From: Moniliella sp. 'wahieum'
Taxonomy: Eukaryota
Assembly: GCA_003971905.1 (NCBI GenBank)
Contig: RSEE01000022.1
Location: 1-64,000, forward strand
Direction: 5' to 3'
DNA: 64,000 nucleotides
Positions 36,467-47,619 of the stretch are shown here, in pieces. Made by a program: the position numbers and the translations under genes. A model generated the notes under the pieces. The model had not been told where the DNA came from, did no database searches, and worked only from the letters and a program-made list of their open reading frames with translations. The stretch's first letter is position 1. Each line of letters starts with the position of its first letter.

Positions 36467-38399
36467 GCTGCCTCGCTGGGGACGGCGCCAACGTCAACGG
36501 GAAGGGGGGAAAGCAAGCTGCAGACAGGTGGTTGGTTAGGAGGGGTTGGACAGCAGCCAATGCGAAGAAGAAGGTCGGGCGATTATGTAACGCACGCCCT
36601 CCCGTGTCATCGATCTGTCATCGATCATCGATCATCGATCAGATCGATCATTCCCCCCCCAAGCAGAGGGCATGGCAGTTGTAGATTTCAAATCGGCCAG
36701 TAGGCAAAGGCTTGTTGTGTTGTAGGGGGCCCAAAGCCCACAGGGCCCGGGACGAGGCAACTAAGGCAACTAAGGAGGAAATGAAGGAACGGGCAATCCT
36801 TTGAGGATTGAAGCTAGTGAAGCACACAAGCGTTAACCGCTGACAAAGGACGAAGGGAAGATCGGAGAAGTCTAGGGCGATAAGACGAAAAGGTGAAGGA
36901 AGAGATGCAAGAACACGAGTGTCCCGCGTCTCGTTTGTTTTCCAAAACCTTCTGTCTAGCCGCAAACGCCACATAGCCACAGCCCTAGAAGCCCAATGGC
37001 ATTAATAGGCCACTGTCAAGGTAAGTGCCATTGATTACTGGCTCCAGATGAGGCCACCGAGTAGCGGAAGATGGAAAAGCTGGGGGGGGGGGGGGGAAGA
37101 GAACAGAAAGAAAGGGAGACTTGGAACCATCCGTCAGCAAAAAGACCCATTTTTGGTACAGCTGCCTCAATATATACCCTCAAAGTTAACCAACTTGCGA
37201 ATCATGTTGGGTGCGCAGTCGATCTCTTCAGTACCGACGGTAGGAAATGCGGGGGATCGACGGGGTGGATAGAGGAAAATGACTCAAGTATATATTCTCT
37301 CAGTTCAAAACAGCTGCAAAGTACTTGTATATGACGCACTGTGTTTGATATAAACCCGCTGCTGCATGAATGATGGTGTTGGACCGCGACCTTCCCGGTT
37401 ATACCACCAGTGTTGCTCCTGCTTGCCACAGACGGCACTATAGTTAACCCACATTGGATATTGGCGTCATCTTCCGGGTTGTTGGGATAGTACGATGGGT
37501 TGTAGCATGTAAAGCGAGCGGCACAGTGTCGTAAAAGTGTCTCAGGACGGCTTTTGGGAATGTTGTGTGCGACAGTAGCTCTGGTGGGAGAGACAATTGG
37601 GACCTGCTTTTATTATGTTAGAGCGGCATGGAAAGCACTATTAATCACGAAGGTGGCTTTTGAAATTTGAAGCTGGATCTATGCTCGGGGGGTATAGGAG
37701 GGCATGGCGCATAGACAAGTCAGATCTCAGACCTCAGATCGGGTGTGCCGCCATGTACAGTGTTAGTACTCTTCTGAGAAAGCTGACGGAGAGTACTGGA
37801 TAACGCTAGTATAACGGAGTACTTGGGATGGCACAGATCATCTCGGTTCCTACTCGTACAACTCATCGAACTCATCCCCGCATCCCCAACACGCCTATAA
37901 GAGTGTGTGTATTTATGCGACAAACATAAATGCAGCATCGTCGCGTGTGATATGGGATGGGCAATTACCGATTCTCTTCCGTTGCATGGTTAGTAGCAGG
38001 TTATTGACAACCAAAGGTACGGAGGCATGCAGATCCTTATGCGACGCGTGGATGCCGATCTATTTGAAGTCACTACTCACTAGTCAAGTTGGCGATCCTC
38101 CCTCGACTGTGCACGGCCTCCAATGGTCCCGACAGACGCGAGCAACGGCAGCAAGACGCGTCCTGGCACGATTTGCACGTCTTTGTTTGTTGCGCCGAGT
38201 AACGCGATATCAACAGAAGCAAAACACACGGTCCGGATGTTGCAAATACGCTATTTGCTCGGTATTTGGTCCCCCTTCTCTTAGTGTTTTCGCATCTCTG
38301 TCCCATCTTCACTTCCACCACCATTCTCCTGTCTCCCTCATTTCTTTCTTCGGTGGCCCATGAACCGTACACACGACCAACGCCTCTCCTTCTCCCATT

Positions 38400-39234
38400 C
38401 GGGATTGCCTTGCACTCTGGGGTGGGGTGGGGGCGAAGACTACGACCGGTACAGAACTGTGGGCCATTCGTACCTCCATCCATGCTCCTCTAGCTTCCCG
38501 CCTAAGTCTCACCACCGACTTGGCCGAGGAAGAAGATGAACGCAACGACTTCCCTGTACTGTCAGCGGAAACATTGGAGCTGGTCATGCAACTTGACGTA
38601 TCTGACCCTTGGCCGTCTCTCGCGCCAGGAGATTGTCCAAGCCATCGCCCAGAAGGGCAAAGGGGGCGTCTCGAGTAGCAGATGCACTCCATTGAAAGGG
38701 GACGGATCCCCTATTCCGTGCCGGCCGCAAAGAGCATCAACGTCCGGTTCTCAATTCTCGGTTCCCATCCACTCATCTCCTTCGCCTAGCTCTTCAATAA
38801 AAACACCCTCGCTTGAGCAACGCGTCTTTCACCGCTCTTCATCCTGGAGTACACTATCTGCTTTCACCAGTACTGCCAGTACCTCTTCTGCCTCCGGTCG
38901 GTCCATCTACCTCACCCCCTACTTGACGCGGGGGATGACGTCCTTGTTGGAAGACGGAGAGAGGGGCGAAAGTCACTGCTACACCCCCACTCGATCACCT
39001 CGTCGCGTGTCCACAAGTATTTCGCCCTGTCTGTCCCTAAAGATGAAAGAGTGGGAAGAACCGAAGAGACGGGTCTCAACACGCCGTTCTTCCTTGCTCT
39101 CGCTCACAAAGTGGAATTCGCCCACGCTAGGGACTTTCGACCCATTCAAGTTAGAAGCCTTGCCTCCCCGCCTTATTTTCCGAGTCGGTAACATCCCACA
39201 AGCCTTCAACAAGCCTGGACCAAGTTCCCACTGA
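38400..39234 (+). CDS. Ser-rich hypothetical protein
   Basis: Adjoining ORFs 38427-38678 and 38536-39234 with protein-like composition. No domain recognised. Confidence 0.35.
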
Positions 39235-39363
39235 GCAGGCGGGAGAGTTGAACCAGAGTGCGGACGCTGCTGCCACTTCGATGAGGGCACTCAACCGCAG
39301 GAAATATCAGATCGGGGCCTGGATGCGGGGTTTGTGTGGCGGGAAAGGAGCGATGGGGGGGGC

Positions 39364-39737
39364 TGTGATGAGGGTGTGGAAAAGTATTATGTACTAATTG
39401 TATTGTATTGGCAGTCTCTTGTTGTGCTTTTCAACCACGCCGTCAGCAGCCCCTGTTCCGTCCTAGCTCTGGCAGTGTTTGGTCCACTGGTAACCTGTCC
39501 CAAGCCCCGGATCCTTTACACACGTTATTATGCTCCAAGCCGGTGCTTACGCAGCCTTGCCAACAACGTGTAGCCGCCTCCACTTCACGCCCAAAAAGGC
39601 CTCTCCTGGTCCCTAGCTCCTCTCGGATCCAAAACTATTAGCCCAATCCACAACTACCGTGGGTTGTCCTTCCGTCTCCTAAGGGATTGTACCCCATAAA
39701 CCTAGTCGGTGACCCCTGGCGGGGCCTACCCGTAACA
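39364..39737. mobile_element. LTR-like element (~374 bp)
   Basis: Ends TGTGATG...CGTAACA. On the minus strand it starts TGTTACGGG, identical to the first 9 nt of the 9794 LTR. A purine-rich tract lies immediately 5' on the plus strand. No clean target-site duplication at these ends. Confidence 0.5.
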
Positions 39738-42083
39738 ATATCGCCATTGCAAACTGCTCTACATATGGCATGAAGTCTTGCACCCCAACCTTGAGTCCCT
39801 CCGTTTTACACGGTTGGAACTACAAAAAGCATTCACTACAGTCCACTGGGAAGTTTAAACGAACCACTGTGATTGGGTTGGGGTAGGGTGGTAGAGGGGT
39901 GGAGGGTGGTGGTGGGACACACAAAGCCTGTTTTATGTTCAGCCAATATAACAGCCACTTGCGCGGGTGCTCGCATGCGGGAAGAGATAACGGGTCCACT
40001 GTGGGGAGAGAAACAAAATCAAGAGTCAACAAAAGGTTTGGATATAGGCGCGATGCTGGCGGGATGCATACGTGTGAGCTGCGTTCATAGAGGCCGCATT
40101 CTCATCGGCACCTCCCTCTCACTCTCTATCGAATGGCTGAATCGACGGAGATTGCAACATAAAGCGGGGACACATAAAAAGAAGCGCCCCCCAGGCTCTC
40201 TCAGCAGCCATTAATCATTAGATCATTTCTTGGCGTTTGCTGAGATAGCTGACATGCTGACAGTGGCGTCCACCCAATTCTTAATCAGGAAGCCAAGATC
40301 TGATGGCGTCGTCTTTTCTCGAACATGACACATACAGCACTATATCTCTCGCCCCACACAAGTGAGAGGCCGGGGTAACCGTCGGTGATAATAACATGTT
40401 GCTATCGTTGGTGGGTAAAAAGCAAGAGAGGACATGGTGCAAAGACACTAGGGAAAGAGCGAGACACGCGCTCGGGAGGAAGAGCTTGAGAATGGGAGCG
40501 AGAGCGATCAGCCACAAACTATGGCACTTTCCTTAGTCTTCTCCAGCTTCAAAACTTCATTGGTCCAACAGCATGCAGCATGCTCTATAGGGTGTCTCTC
40601 GGATTTTCCGCCGCATGATCGATGCATGATCATGACATGTGGCAGCATGATCTGATGCATATGAGGCAGGATTCCTCCTCTTCCTCCGCACTTTATCTCC
40701 GTCGTCGCTCAATAGATTCAAGCTCATTGAAACTGAGTTTATGCCCCTGAGGTCTGTCTCACTTTTCGCAGTCCGCAGGTGACACAGGCAGGATGAAAAC
40801 ATGGGAAGATACTAAAAGATTAGAGATGCTCGATGCGGGGGGTGGGGCAATGAAAAACTCTGTGCCCGTCGAGAGCTAGCGATCAATAAAGCGCCCTGCT
40901 TGGGCACATATATATGAGTTTAAAATGATATCTGTCCGCACGGTTTTGTGGAGAAGGCGCTCAAAACCACACGCTTGTGTTAACTCACACTGATGGCCTG
41001 AGGGAGGGTCACCGGTCAGCCGTGAGAAGAATCTATACTTTTTGGAAGTGTGGGAGAAAACACAATCAAAAACTTCCACGCAGAATACATCACAGTGGCG
41101 GCGACACTCTTTCGCAGGCCGCGAGCGCGAACGAAGCGTTGAGCTGTCAGCATTTCGGACGAGACGAGTGGGAGCGATTGTGGTGATGCCACGATAGAAG
41201 GGGCACTGAAAGCCTAATGTCACCAGGATGGCGTCCACACCCGCCACAGGTCGATCTTTCAGACGAGTACAGCCGAGCGCTGACCCGGCGCGACTGACAG
41301 ATCCACACACTGCCCCCATGTTGGGTTTTCCCCCGGGTCCGGGGGCAGTGTGCAGGTGACGTCAAATACATTAATCATTCGACATTGATTGGCGGCGCGC
41401 GCGTTCCCCTGCGTTCCCCCGCACCCCGGCACCGGGCAAGCCTTGCGCCACACCCCCCCAAAAAACAGAGTGTGTCGTAACGGCAACCAACACTACTCGC
41501 TTCTTCCCTTGCAGTGCAGTGCATCTGACTGGTGAGTGACTGGCTTGGGCTGCCCGTCTGGCTTGGCGCCCACCTGCACTTTCGCTTAGAACGGCCGGCG
41601 TCTCGGCTGGTTCTCTGGATCGCCATCGTTGGTTTTGATGATTCAAAAGAAGAAGAGAAGAGACAAAAGGGCAGTCTCTGTCCTGCGGCAAGCTAATTGG
41701 CTGTCTAACGCCCAGCCACCCGGAGCAGAACCCCACCTCATCCCCTCCTCCAGCCCCCCGCCCCCATGCGCAAAAAGCGGTGTGGCTCTCATCACGCGTT
41801 GCATGCCATCGTCAGCGACCGCCACCCTGGAGACACGCCACTGCATCTCATCCCTATATGTGTTTCGTATAGACCAAGTTGCCCGACCCGGTGGTGCAGG
41901 GTCGAGGACATGTCGTTCCGCGTTCGGTGGATAGCCACCTACTAGCCAAATAAAACGCGCCCCACCCTCTTCGCACCCCCACCATCCACGCAATCCTCCG
42001 TACTCTTCAGGACCAGCCACCCGGGCCTGCCGCACTACTCGAGCGATACCCACTACGCTCTCATCACCCCCCCCGATACCACC

Positions 42084-43222
42084 ATGTCGATCCCATTCCG
42101 CACCCTCGGCGGCACGGCATCCGATACCCCTGTTGGCGCCAGTGCGTGTTGTACCCATTTTCCCACCCGAAGCAACGGGCTGAAGGCGGGACTGCTAACG
42201 TTACTTCCTTTGCCGCAGTTGGCTACGGCGCCCTCGAACTCACCTGGACCACAACACCCCTTCCGATGAACAGGCTTTTGAAGTGTTACGCCGCCCTAGA
42301 AGCGGGCACGACCTTCTGGGTGTTTGGCACTACTATTCCATGGACCAAACAATGGACAATCTCCTCTTCTTGCCCGTTACTTTTCCGCCTTCCCGCAAAA
42401 CGCCGCGCATGTATTCCTAGCTGTCAAGGGCGGCTTTTGCCCTTTAACGACTTGACACGCACCCAGTCCAGCATCGAGACGTTGCGACAAGAGCTCTCGG
42501 CTGCGTACCGTTCACTCAACCGGCATAAGCGCATTGACCTCTTTATTGGCACGCAAGGAGAGCCACATGAAGAACAAGCAAATCGGCAAGACGCTCAAGA
42601 AGTCGTGGCCGAGGGCTTGGCAAGGCACGTTGGCCTGTGCGGTCTCGGCGCAGACTATTCGGGAAGTCAATGCCATTGTCCCTCTGACCGCTGTCGAGGC
42701 AGAATACAACCCTACCGCCCTCGACATTGAGAAGGAAGGTATCTTGGCCACGTTGAAAGAGCTGCAAATCGCATTGATTGCCTCCCGGCCCCTGTCCCGC
42801 GGGGTCTTTACTGGTGCCCTTAAAACCCGATATGACCTGCCCGAAGGCGATCCGCGGCAGGCGATGCCCCGCTTCTCAGACGAATTGTTCTACCATAACC
42901 TTGCCTTGGCCGAGCCGGTGGCAGAAATTGCAGCCCGAGAGGGGATCCCTCTGTTCAACTGGTGCTAGCTTGGGAATTGGCTCAATACGACAAACTCATT
43001 CCAATCCCTGGAACTACCCATCCTGACTTGGTCGCTGAGAATGCGGACGCTGCCAACCTGATCTTGTCCCCTGAACTCAAGCAAGAGCTACGCGATGTAT
43101 TTGAAGCCCTGGGCCCACAGGTCAAAGGCGAACGCCATTCCGAGACGGTGTCAAGATCATCTACACTTGATCCCTCAGTCGCGAACGACCCTCCTCTCTC
43201 CCCTCTGATACCTTCTCCATAG
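42084..43222 (+). CDS. Aldo-keto reductase (pyridoxal reductase/AKR13-like)
   Basis: IPFRTLGG...VGYGALELTW, KRIDLF, LTAVEAEYNP, ASRPLSRG, DPRQAMPRF, LIPIPGTT...AENA. Intron ~42142-42218. Confidence 0.9.
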
Positions 43223-44045
43223 TTCATTTGAATTGTTGCATTTACCACATGTTGTTTTGAGTCGTATCAGATCTCAGAGGACACAAGACTACTATTACAG
43301 TCACATATCGATAGCGGAAGACAGGTGATATAGGCATGTGGGCCGGTGCAGCGGTGAAGCAAGAGATGGTGGTACAATTTATATAGAGAGGTACAGACTA
43401 TGACTCCCCTTGAGTACCATGTGGCACTAAGCGTAGCTGTCGTGCCCAGACTATCGCAGTCTCTCGGAGTGACCAGGGAGGATGGAAGTGTCGGCACAGC
43501 CGAGGTAACAGTAACAGTAAGTAGGACTCACCCTTCTCTCTTGTCAATTGTATTATTACAGCACTACCGCACTCTGATAGTTAGCACCACTGCATTTTTC
43601 GGGAGCTCCGAGAGCTCCGTTGCCTGTTGTGGGGTTTGTGGAGTGGCGAATGGCATCTGATTCATAGTTTCTCATCTCTATATTTAGTTCAATCGCGATC
43701 TTTACTATTCTCCTTCATAGCTTACACCACCACTATCCGTACAGGATGGACACTGTACGTTTCGAAATCCCTCGTATGCGCCTGCCCAGGCGAGCCCAGG
43801 CGAGTGTGTATGTTGACGCGTGTATGGGGTGAAGGAACGCTTTGGTACGTGCGAGCGTTGCCACGCCCTCACTCTATCTATTACCGTGACCGCGACGGGG
43901 TTTGGCTATGTGGGATGTGCCTGCGCAGATAACTCGTTTCTTGCATATGGTGATGAATCCACACCCCATTGTCATTTCTGGGAAACTCGCAGCTTGGCAT
44001 ATAGGTCCAAAACGAGTGGGGGCAGATAGGCTGGGGCAGCGGCAG

Positions 44046-45278
44046 CTAGGTGGGCTGCGGGCTGGAAAGCCAAGGGTACCAGCGCTGGACTACGTTGGGG
44101 TGGGAGCGGACGAGCACCTGGGTGGCAATGACACCATAAGGCTCGCCATCCGCCGCGTGCAAGTCAGCTTCTGGGACCTCCGACCGTCGCTCCCCTCCCC
44201 GTGCAGCACGTGCACGATCGGCCGCCGCGTAGACAGCAGCACCAATGGGCAAGCCACGCCGAACAACCGCATTCAAAGCTGGGGTGGAGAAGTAGGCGAC
44301 CGAGAGCCGGTCTTGTTTGCTTTGAGAGGGGATGGTGACGCGGTGGGTGGCGGCACGGACGAGACCGTGGGTGAGGACCTCAAACTGCTGGCCAAAGTTG
44401 ACGATCACTGCATCTTCCACCGCCGGAACCGGTAGCCAGGTCCCGTCCAAATCCTCTACCTCCAAACCGGGCACATCGCTTACAGCCAACAGAGTGAGCC
44501 ACCCTCCGTCGCGATGGGCTCCCACGCCCTGTGTGCCGGTCCCCTGAACTCCATTCGAACGTTGCACCCCGTCCACCACCTCGCCCGTGGGGTAGCGGAT
44601 GGTCTTGAGACGTGCGTAGGGGAGCGTCTTGTCCTCTGCTCCTGGGATCGGTTGGTACTCAACTGCTCTTACGTCCGGCTTGGGCTGGCCAATGAATGCC
44701 AGCAGCGCCCCCTCTTCGAGCCAAGCGCTGCCTCAATCGCGCCCGTCAGGCTCTCGTTCACGCTGGTGCAGAGGAGAACCAAGATTTGACTGTCGCTTCG
44801 TGACCGGGCAGCACTTGGTCCGACACGTACTGGTTCGGGCCATACAGCCGGACGTAGTCGGGCCCGGCTCGGGTCCACACCCTTTTCGATCAGTTGGTTC
44901 CAAAGTGCAGGACGAACGTCCGTTCCAAAGTCGATCTGGTCACGATTGTCGACCCGCATTGCGGGTACGCTCTTCGGCAAAGGGGCTGTACCCGCGAAAG
45001 TGCGGGAGTTGGTCATGGAGATGGCCAGGCGTTGCTCCAGCGGCAGCGCAAAGAACTGGGCCGACAGGTCGAAGAGGCGTTGGCGGAGCGTGCCTTGGTC
45101 CAGGGGCTGTGCTGGAGATGGAAGAAGCCAAGGCCAACGGCCGCGTCGCGGAGCTGGACCAAAACTGGCGTTGGCTATCGGGGGTAGCGCTGGGACCGGA
45201 CCAGTTGCGCCAATCAAGGACAGGGAACTTTGGGGCAGATCCTGTGGGCGGTGGGGCGGGGAGGGACGAGGGTGACAT
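44046..45278 (-). CDS. 2-oxoglutarate/Fe(II) dioxygenase, IPNS/DIOX family
   Basis: FPVLDW, FFALPLEQR, HFRGY, QGVGAHRDGGWLTLL (HxD), VNFGQQFEVLT, ATHRV (distal His), RLSVAYF (RxS). Confidence 0.9.
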
Positions 45279-45599
45279 ATCGGATCCGCTGCACGATAGG
45301 TGTTGGTGGTGGTGGTAGTGGTGGTGGTGGTGGCGGTAGTATGGGTGCGGGAAGCAGCGTGCGCCCACAGTGATGCCAGTTGCGTCTGTGCCATCATCGA
45401 CATCATCATTTAATCGGAATGGCGTGATGGCTAACACGGTCCAGTCGTAAGTACACAGAAACTGCGCTCTGCTCTAATTGTGGCGGCGCCGCCCTCTTCG
45501 AGACATGGGGCGTGTGTATTTTAATGGATGCTCAGTGCGCGCTCATGCTCTCAGGGATGTCAGTCTAAACACCCTCTACATTTTCTTGGAGCGAGCACG

Positions 45600-46857
45600 A
45601 CGTGCGTGAGTATTGGCATTTACATTTGATGCATTAGAGGAACGGTACGGTAGGCTGAACCACACTACCAGGACGATCACGCACGCAGGCCTCCGACCTC
45701 GGCACTGTGGGCCTTGCCCTCGTAGATCATCTCCGCCATCACCTTGCCCGTGCCAGGACCGAGGGTGATGCCCCAGCAGTGTGGCCAGCGGCAATGTACA
45801 GGCCTGTCTCCGGAAGCCGTCAATCAGCGGCCCACGGAACGCCCCGGCCGGAAGATAGCAAGCATGCCTCGAGCAGCGCACCGTCGCCCAGACAAGTGGG
45901 GGCAATGATGCGGATTGCTCCATCAGTTTTTGGTCTGTCGCGGCTCGTATCCAATGTCGTCCGCCAGCGCTGGTAACGGTTCGTTGTCCGAGCCGCCACA
46001 AATGTACACCGTTCCATCACCGCGGGCGTAAATCTCCGGTCCGCGCGCCACGATCCCCGTGTCACCAAAGCGCATGTCAGTGAACAGGCAGTGTGCGGTG
46101 GTAGGTCGGGTTCCGCGAAGGATGATCGAATGGGCTCGGGAACCACCGACGGTACGGCCTTTCCGAGCAACCTTGCTGTGGTACAGTAAACTGGTAGGTT
46201 GGATCAAACTCTTGAACACTCTCCGGTCCAAGGGCCGGCGGCCACTACTACCCGATCGCAATCCAGCGTCTCGGAGTGAGCACCATCCACACTCGCAATC
46301 ACCAGGCCCTTGATCGTGTCCTCTTCCGAGAGGAGAATCTGAGTGGCCTTGGTGCCCACAAGGCACTCGACGCCTTGTTCCTTGCACGCCTCCTCCACCA
46401 AGTACTCGACGAGGAACTTGGGCGTGACCTGAGCTGTCGATCCTTTGCCGCCCATGTGCTTGGTGGAAGTGACAATCTTGGGGTCGATCCAGTGAAGCTC
46501 CTTGGGCACTTGGAGCGATGTTTGGAGGTGTCATGTTGACTTGCAATGTTTCGACCTCGCGGTACCCCCAGCGCTCCACGCCATTTCCCTCTTCGGCCAG
46601 GTCCTTGTGCAGCTGGTAGCTGAGACGCCAAACTTGAAGTAGAGAAGCCATGCCAGTCGCGGCCAAGAAACCGCCGGAACGACCGCTGGCGGACGCAGCC
46701 AGCTCATAGCTTGCCTCAAGAAGGGTCACCTTGCTGCCTGGTGGGCGGTAGGGGTGCTTGGCCATGTAATACAGAATGGACGCGCCAATGATGCCGCCGC
46801 CAATGATGACAACATGCGTGGGGGGGTGTGGGTATGGGTGTGCTGGAAAGAGGACAT
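45600..46857 (-). CDS. FAD-dependent oxidoreductase, DAO family (Tda3/Btn3-like; 3' end approximate)
   Basis: VVIIGGGIIG, ASASGRSGGFLA, AQVTP, VVVAAGPWT, PEIYARGDGTVYICG, WGITLGPGTGKVMAEMI. Confidence 0.9.
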
Positions 46858-47619
46858 GGCGGTGGTAGTGGTGGTGGTAGTAGTGGTGGTGTGGTGGTGG
46901 TGGTGGTGTGGTGGTGAGGTGGTGGTGGCGACGGTGGCAAGAAGATGCTGCGCTGCCGTTCGGTCATAAGCGCGGTAGCAGTCGCAGGCCCCCAGCAGGA
47001 CCGTCGGCATTAGGTTGGATCGGTGCAAGGGGCTTACTCAGATTGCACAATTTATCATAATCACCGTAATCCCGCAACCCAGCATGGCGTTGCCACCCTG
47101 CTTCTGCCGCGAGTGGCCCAGTGCGTGCCGGTACTGAGCTCTGGGTAGCTTACCTGGGCGCCTGAGTCCCGATGATATCGACAGGCGTGAGTCTTATATA
47201 TATCGAGGGAAGAAACATGGCTGACAGCTGCCCTCGCTCCCTGCTCGCGTTGCATGTCTTCTCCCGTCTCACCACCATGGTTCTACGGTAGGTTACGTTT
47301 CCTTTTAGCTCTATGGACGAAGTGAGGTACAAAGATATGCACAATGCATAACACCTGCGATCGACCATCCGAGCTACGCATCATACCACGCTCTGGGCGT
47401 CTCTGTTGCGATGGCACGCCCAAACACATGAGCCAGCAGAGCAGGTTAAAGGGATGAAAATGGATGATCGATGGTGGAAGTGAGGTGAGGATGAGGGAAA
47501 GATGAGGATGGGGGGTGTGGATTGAATGATGATCTTGATTATGGCGATGAAGCGAGGGGGGAGAGATAAGATGCGTGAAGGAGACGCTTTGGTACCACGA
47601 TTGCACTGCATAAATAGCC

